DNA of 64,000 nt from an uncultured archaeon (GTDB lineage Archaea > Asgardarchaeota > Thorarchaeia > Thorarchaeales > Thorarchaeaceae), in contig CAYYQL010000003.1 in NCBI GenBank assembly GCA_964473825.1, forward strand, positions 89,640 to 153,639, read 5' to 3'. The position numbers were made by a program, and so were the translations under genes. A model generated the notes under the pieces. The model made no database searches. It was given only the letters and a program-made list of their open reading frames with translations, and was not told where the DNA came from. This document shows positions 59,268 to 64,000 of this stretch, one piece after another; the stretch's first letter is position 1, and each line of letters starts with the position of its first letter.

Positions 59268-60023
59268 CTAGCCTAAAGGCTTGGAGTCCTGCCAGAGAGA
59301 ATCAAAATATGCAGATGCCATCGCTGCAAAGACCGCATGATTTGAATAGACTCCGAGAAACTGCTGCTTTTCTCCCCCAGCCAGCATGATCAGAGTCTGC
59401 CTCTCATCAACAACAAGGCCTGCACCAAATACCCGCTCACGAGTGCGAATATGGAAACCGTCAGGAATCATATTCCTCATAGACTCAGGCACATCAGACG
59501 TTAGAACACTGACATTCTTGGTTCTCACATCAAGAAGTCGCTCAATTATTGCATCAATATCTTCGGTTTCCAAGTCAAGACTGGGAACTGAAAGCTTGAT
59601 CTGTTCGCGAGCGGCATTGACCATCTCGATTGCCTTGGCAAGAATGGCTGAGCGGCCATGTATCACGAAAACATCCCTGCTCGTGACTTGTTGGTCTTCT
59701 TCATACAGCGGCTGTAGTTCGTCCACAACCAGCTTGCTAGAGCGGTCAAGTTTCTCCTCTAGGTCCAGCCTCACAAGACGAACAACCTCCGTAGGTGCCT
59801 TGGCGATGTACAAAGTTGGTCTTCCCCTCTGAATCTGGATGAAACCTTTCTCTTCGAGCCTACCCAGAACGTCGTAGATTCGGCTATAGGGTACACCCGA
59901 TTCTGAGCTGATATCCGAGGCCGGCATCTTGCCGCCATCAACAAGAGCCAGATACGCTGAAGTCTCGTACTCTGTTAGGCCGAGTTCTCTCAGGGCCTTC
60001 AGGGCGTTCTCGCTTATCTTCAT
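59268..60023 (-). CDS. TrmB family transcription regulator
   Basis: LGLTEYETSAYLAL, SGVPYSRIYDVL..LEEKGF, GRP..Y. Confidence 0.93.
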   Translation of the reverse strand: MKISENALKALRELGLTEYETSAYLALVDGGKMPASDISSESGVPYSRIYDVLGRLEEKGFIQIQRGRPTLYIAKAPTEVVRLVRLDLEEKLDRSSKLVVDELQPLYEEDQQVTSRDVFVIHGRSAILAKAIEMVNAAREQIKLSVPSLDLETEDIDAIIERLLDVRTKNVSVLTSDVPESMRNMIPDGFHIRTRERVFGAGLVVDERQTLIMLAGGEKQQFLGVYSNHAVFAAMASAYFDSLWQDSKPLG

Positions 60024-60062
60024 GTATCATACCGGCAGCATCGAGCAATCAATCGAACGGTC

Positions 60063-60641
60063 TTAAGACTTGTTGAACTTGTTTCGATACCATTCAAGAA
60101 AGGAACGGAAAGCTCGAGTTCTATGTGATATGGCTGTCTTCTCCCGAAAGGAGAGTTCCGCGTAGGTCCGGTCGAAGCCCTCAGGAATGAAGATGGGGTC
60201 ATAGCCAAACCCCTCTGATCCACGCTCTTCCAGTGATATCCTCCCCCGCATCTCCCCTGTGAAAGTGTACAAGTTCTCTCCATCAGAATACCCCACACTG
60301 GTCACAAAGCGCGCACTGCGATCTGTCTTCCCTTCAAGGAGTCTGAGTATTCCCCCTCTACCTATGGTTTTGAGTACGAACGCTGGATACGACCTTGGAA
60401 AACCTGCTAGAGTGTCGATATAGAGGCCCGTATCATCGACAACTACTGGCTTCTGCAGGGTCGTGAATGCGTGTTTTGCAGCCTCCCTCGCCACGTTCTC
60501 CACAGAATCGTCCCTTATCTCGACCTTCTCAATACCCATGGTTTCGAAGTTCACTCCATATTCTGCAAAGAGCGGGCGTAGCTCTGCTAGCTTATGTTCG
60601 TTGGTGGTGACCAGGGTCAGTCTACCCCTTGACATATTCAA
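60063..60641 (-). CDS. rdgB: XTP/dITP diphosphatase (HAM1/RdgB)
   Basis: TTNEHKLAE, VDDTGL, GFGYDPIF, SHR. Confidence 0.95.
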   Translation of the reverse strand: MNMSRGRLTLVTTNEHKLAELRPLFAEYGVNFETMGIEKVEIRDDSVENVAREAAKHAFTTLQKPVVVDDTGLYIDTLAGFPRSYPAFVLKTIGRGGILRLLEGKTDRSARFVTSVGYSDGENLYTFTGEMRGRISLEERGSEGFGYDPIFIPEGFDRTYAELSFREKTAISHRTRAFRSFLEWYRNKFNKS

Positions 60642-61746
60642 GTATCTCCTTCATGATTCGATAGGATGATCGAGTTCTCTCAAGATCGAACATTCCTGTC
60701 ACATTCCACATAATGATGTGTTCCAACCCCTGTTTCATGTACTCTTCCAGTATGTCCAGTACTGAGTCTGCATCTCCTGCAACATAGAAACTCTCCAAAA
60801 TCTCCTGTGGCACTCTATCTATGGCCTTCAGTATGGTCTTTCTTCCATACCGCATAGGTATGTAGTCCCGCAGAGAGTAGAAGTCGCTGCCGAGAGGGTG
60901 CTCATATCCAAGTTTTGTCCATAGTTCTGCGGGATAGAGGAGGGCAAAGGCCTTTGCAAGTGGAGTCTGCATCATCCTCCTGCATTCCTCCGGCTCGTCA
61001 TCGAGAATAAACCACTGCCAGAGCGCGGCAGTGAACTCGCTCTCTTTCTTCAATCGCTGTCTGGCTTTCATTATCTGGTCCAAACGATGACCGTAATCAG
61101 TCGGGTCTAAGAGTGTTGGAATCCAGCCATCACCGAACTCCGCTGTGATGTTCAGCATTTTTGGTCCATGTGCAGCAATCCATATTCTGGGAGGTCTGTC
61201 GGCCCTGCTTGGTCTGAGCGACATCACGGCATCTTTCAGCTTCCAGAATTCCCCTTCGTAATCGAACGGTTCATGTGTCTGCCATATTGTCGTGATAATC
61301 TCTAATGCCTCTCGTAGTTTGCCCACTTGCCCTGAGTAGTTGAGGCCGTAGGGTTCTATATTTTCAGCCTCACCTGCTCCGATTCCAAGTATGGCTCTTC
61401 CCTCACTGATGTGATCAAGTGTCATGAAAGTCTGGGCAAGGAGAACTGGGTGCCTACGGATTGGCTCCGTTACAGCTGATATGATATCAACGTGCTTAGT
61501 GACCACAGCTGAGGCTGCCATGATTGAACTGAGTTCAAAGAATGTATGAGGAGACTGCTGTATGAGGGCAAGTGGTGTTATATCTGGGGTCCATATACTC
61601 TCAGGAACGAAGCCTGCAAAATGGTCGGGAAATGCCATGCTGTCATATCCCAATGAATCAATCAACTCTGCATTCTTCTTGACACGGTCCCAGGGCGGCA
61701 AGAAGGGACCCGGAGCACCTATCTGAAGATCATGAACATCAACCAT
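60622..61746 (-). CDS. LLM-class (probably F420-dependent) oxidoreductase
   Basis: GYDS...PDH, RHPVLLAQ...TLDHISEGRAILGIGAG, GDGWIP. Confidence 0.9.
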   Translation of the reverse strand: MVDVHDLQIGAPGPFLPPWDRVKKNAELIDSLGYDSMAFPDHFAGFVPESIWTPDITPLALIQQSPHTFFELSSIMAASAVVTKHVDIISAVTEPIRRHPVLLAQTFMTLDHISEGRAILGIGAGEAENIEPYGLNYSGQVGKLREALEIITTIWQTHEPFDYEGEFWKLKDAVMSLRPSRADRPPRIWIAAHGPKMLNITAEFGDGWIPTLLDPTDYGHRLDQIMKARQRLKKESEFTAALWQWFILDDEPEECRRMMQTPLAKAFALLYPAELWTKLGYEHPLGSDFYSLRDYIPMRYGRKTILKAIDRVPQEILESFYVAGDADSVLDILEEYMKQGLEHIIMWNVTGMFDLERTRSSYRIMKEILEYVKG

Positions 61747-61749
61747 GAA

Positions 61750-62937
61750 CTAACACGACTCTGCGAAGTGAATCAGGGCTCTTTTCACCTTGTCGAAATC
61801 ATCCAGCCTCATGAACTCGTCGATGCCGTGGAAGTTATTGTCCTTAGCAATCGTACCGTAGCATACAGCGGGGATTCCTGCATTCACAAAGAAGGAGCCA
61901 TCATTGCCACCCAGGTCAATAGCCATAGGTACAGGTGTGCCTACGGTTGAGTTGACCGACTTGTGAAATGCCTGTGCATAGGGGTTATCTGTGCCCGAAA
62001 CCCAGCTGTTTGCCTTTGTGATGAATGACACATCTAACTGAATCCCTGTCTCTTCTCGTGTCTTCTCCAAGAACTCGGATATCTGATTGGCAACCTCATC
62101 CGGATTCTCTTCTGGAATTATTCTGCAATCAAACGAGATCTCGGCCTTACCTGGGATTACATTAGTCTTAGTGCCGGCTTTGTAGACGGTCATAGAGAAA
62201 CGTCCCCAGAGATTCTGAAACGGGCTCTCGGGAGGAGCTGGATATTGAGAGGTCACTTTCCTTCTGAGATCTGCGAAGCGGAGTAGCGCATTCATGACCG
62301 GGATGCTGATATGTATCGCGTTTGTGAAGGCAAAGGGCATACCCGCATGGCCCTGTGTGCCAGTTATGGTCACAGTGCCCGCCACGATGCCGCTTGCACC
62401 CATACTGATGTAGTTGGGGCTAGAATCTACTACGATGCCAAAGTCTCCTCGTATTCTAGGGGGCCCATTTATCAGATAGTCGATACCCCATTCTCCTCCA
62501 ATCTCTTCATTGGGCGAGATGAGTATCCTCCAGTTGACTCTTGCTGAGTCCTGCTCCACCAGATTCCTTGCAGCGCTGATGGATGCCACGATGTTTCCTT
62601 TGTTGTCGGTTGTACCTCTCCCATATACTCGGTCTTTCTCAACCACTAGCTCGAACGGTGGTCGGGTCCATTTGTCTTCATCGCCTGCTGGGACAACATC
62701 ATAGTGGGTCGCAAGGAGGACTGTTCGATCGCTGTCAGTATTCAGTTCTGCAACCACATTTGGCTGAGCCACCCCTTCATGCTTCGAGTCGAATACTTCG
62801 ACCTCAAGGCCAGCCTCTTTGCATCTCTCCACCACAACAGCAGCACACTCAGTGTAGTTCTTCTTCTGCTCACTGTTTGTGTCCAGTTCTACAAGCTCTC
62901 TCAAGAATTCTAATTCCCAATCATCCACACTAATCAC
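61750..62937 (-). CDS. M20 family peptidase/deacylase (ArgE/DapE-like)
   Basis: THYDVVP, YGRGTTDNKG, NEEIGG, GHA, HGIDE. Confidence 0.92.
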   Translation of the reverse strand: MISVDDWELEFLRELVELDTNSEQKKNYTECAAVVVERCKEAGLEVEVFDSKHEGVAQPNVVAELNTDSDRTVLLATHYDVVPAGDEDKWTRPPFELVVEKDRVYGRGTTDNKGNIVASISAARNLVEQDSARVNWRILISPNEEIGGEWGIDYLINGPPRIRGDFGIVVDSSPNYISMGASGIVAGTVTITGTQGHAGMPFAFTNAIHISIPVMNALLRFADLRRKVTSQYPAPPESPFQNLWGRFSMTVYKAGTKTNVIPGKAEISFDCRIIPEENPDEVANQISEFLEKTREETGIQLDVSFITKANSWVSGTDNPYAQAFHKSVNSTVGTPVPMAIDLGGNDGSFFVNAGIPAVCYGTIAKDNNFHGIDEFMRLDDFDKVKRALIHFAESC

Positions 62938-62999
62938 CCTGTACTGAGGTCTTCATTCTAATAATGAACGGTTAGAGATTAGTGTTTTGAGCTTCATTT

Positions 63000-63800
63000 C
63001 TAACAGGCCTGACAGTAGTTCGTCTTGAAGCGATTGGCTCTCACTTCCGATACTCTCCCCCCATAGAGCGGACATTTTTCTCCTCCTCTTCCATGAATCA
63101 TCAGGAAGTTTCGCTTCTCCGTGGCTAGTTCCGATAGATTCCTCTTCATCATCATGTCCCGATAGCGCGGCAAGACGCTTCCTATCGCCTTGTAAAGCCT
63201 GACAATCTCGATGGTACTCAGGCTTGCTCTTCTTCTGAACGGCATAACCCCTGCATAGAGAAGAATCTCGTCTGCATATGCGTTACCAATCCCCGTGATG
63301 AACCGTTGGTTTGTGAGAACATTCTTGATATGTCCCCTGAATCTCTTTATTCTTTCTAGGAATTCATCTTCCGTAAGATCCTGTCCAAGCGCCGGTGGTC
63401 CCCGTCCCGCGAAGCCCTTGACAACGGTGAAATCGTCGTCAAGAACCAGATAGACTCTGCTCATTCTCTTAGTATCAGTGTACAGAAGCCTCTCGCTCCC
63501 GAATTCAAGAGCCAAGATGTCTCTCTTCAGAGGTCTTCGTCCTCTCTCTACGATTCTGAATCTGCCTGCAAGCATCGGATTGATTACGATCTTCTTGTTT
63601 CCAGTGAAACTGAGGATTATGAGCTTGCCATCGGCGACACAGGAAGACAAGACCGAATTGGCTATCGCTCCGACGAAATCATCTGATGTGATGGTATGAA
63701 TGACAAGGGCCTCATAGACTTGAACTGATTCGACCTCCTTACCGTTGAACCTTTCCCGTAGTTTTATCGCAATGGCTTCGAGCTCGGGCAGTTCTGGAAT
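63000..63800 (-). CDS. mutM: Fpg/Nei DNA glycosylase-AP lyase (ATT start; possibly decaying)
   Basis: Frame extends to ATT-CCA-GAA-CTG-CCC-GAG (PELPE); H2TH GIGNAYADEIL; C-terminal finger CPLY...YCQAC. Confidence 0.85.
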   Translation of the reverse strand: MPELPELEAIAIKLRERFNGKEVESVQVYEALVIHTITSDDFVGAIANSVLSSCVADGKLIILSFTGNKKIVINPMLAGRFRIVERGRRPLKRDILALEFGSERLLYTDTKRMSRVYLVLDDDFTVVKGFAGRGPPALGQDLTEDEFLERIKRFRGHIKNVLTNQRFITGIGNAYADEILLYAGVMPFRRRASLSTIEIVRLYKAIGSVLPRYRDMMMKRNLSELATEKRNFLMIHGRGGEKCPLYGGRVSEVRANRFKTNYCQAC

Positions 63801-63851
63801 AATGAAAATACCCCCTTTTACTGGTTAAAGTGTCAGATAAAAGTGTCAGAT
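63791..63851 (-). repeat. ~60-nt element A, copy 2 (upstream of fpg)
   Basis: Minus strand ATCTGACACTTTTATCTGACACTTTAACCAGTAAAAGGGGGTATTTTCATTA. Confidence 0.75.
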
Positions 63852-64000
63852 TTGCTCCTTGCCTGCTCCGGGATGTCTTCTGTAGAGGCTTAAATAGGTC
63901 ACATCCGACTGAGGAATGGACTAGGCAAGTGTGCCAGTGTTGTTACACGGAGCTCGCGGCCGAAGACCAGAGGGAGGTCCAAGACCTCTCGACGGAGGTC

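Noticed and set aside
28504-63851. Transposon or integrative element bounded by the inverted element A copies
   Set aside because: The enclosed 35 kb is core ribosomal and housekeeping content with no transposase or integrase
1-64000. CRISPR array and the many antisense or overlapping short ORFs in the track
   Set aside because: No periodic repeats seen; the shadow ORFs lie opposite or inside well-supported genes

Overview
Chromosomal window from an archaeon, most likely an Asgard archaeon (Thorarchaeia/Lokiarchaeia-like). This is inferred from the roadblock/LC7 protein, Get3-type ATPase, EMC3/TMCO1-family gene, adjacent SelB and SepSecS genes, long-form urocanate hydratase, HdrA and GGGP synthase. 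The window is mostly housekeeping: tldD/tldE, hutU, nfi, the Sec genes, endA, rpoP, aIF1, tfb, map, hdrA/mobA/hypD, a S10-spc ribosomal cluster from rpl22 to cbf5 with an inserted Hsp20, RNase P RNA, tsr3, tiaS, rps13-rps4-rps11, an intron-containing tRNA-Ser(GGA), and an fpg-M20-LLM-ITPase-TrmB run. No transposase, integrase or CRISPR array was seen. The most unusual signals are: (1) a 185-nt, indel-free, ~89% identical structured non-coding element present twice (29881-30065 and 32638-32822) around a block of uncharacterised genes; (2) an aIF1/SUI1 gene whose conserved N-terminus can only be made from a near-cognate start, most likely CUG, suggesting IF3/eIF1-like autoregulation; (3) an Fpg/Nei gene apparently starting at AUU, whose upstream ~60-nt element recurs 35 kb away; (4) unannotated single-TM microproteins, one directly behind get3; (5) modified ribosomal proteins. 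All calls are by eye from sequence and motif recognition; no database searches were run.
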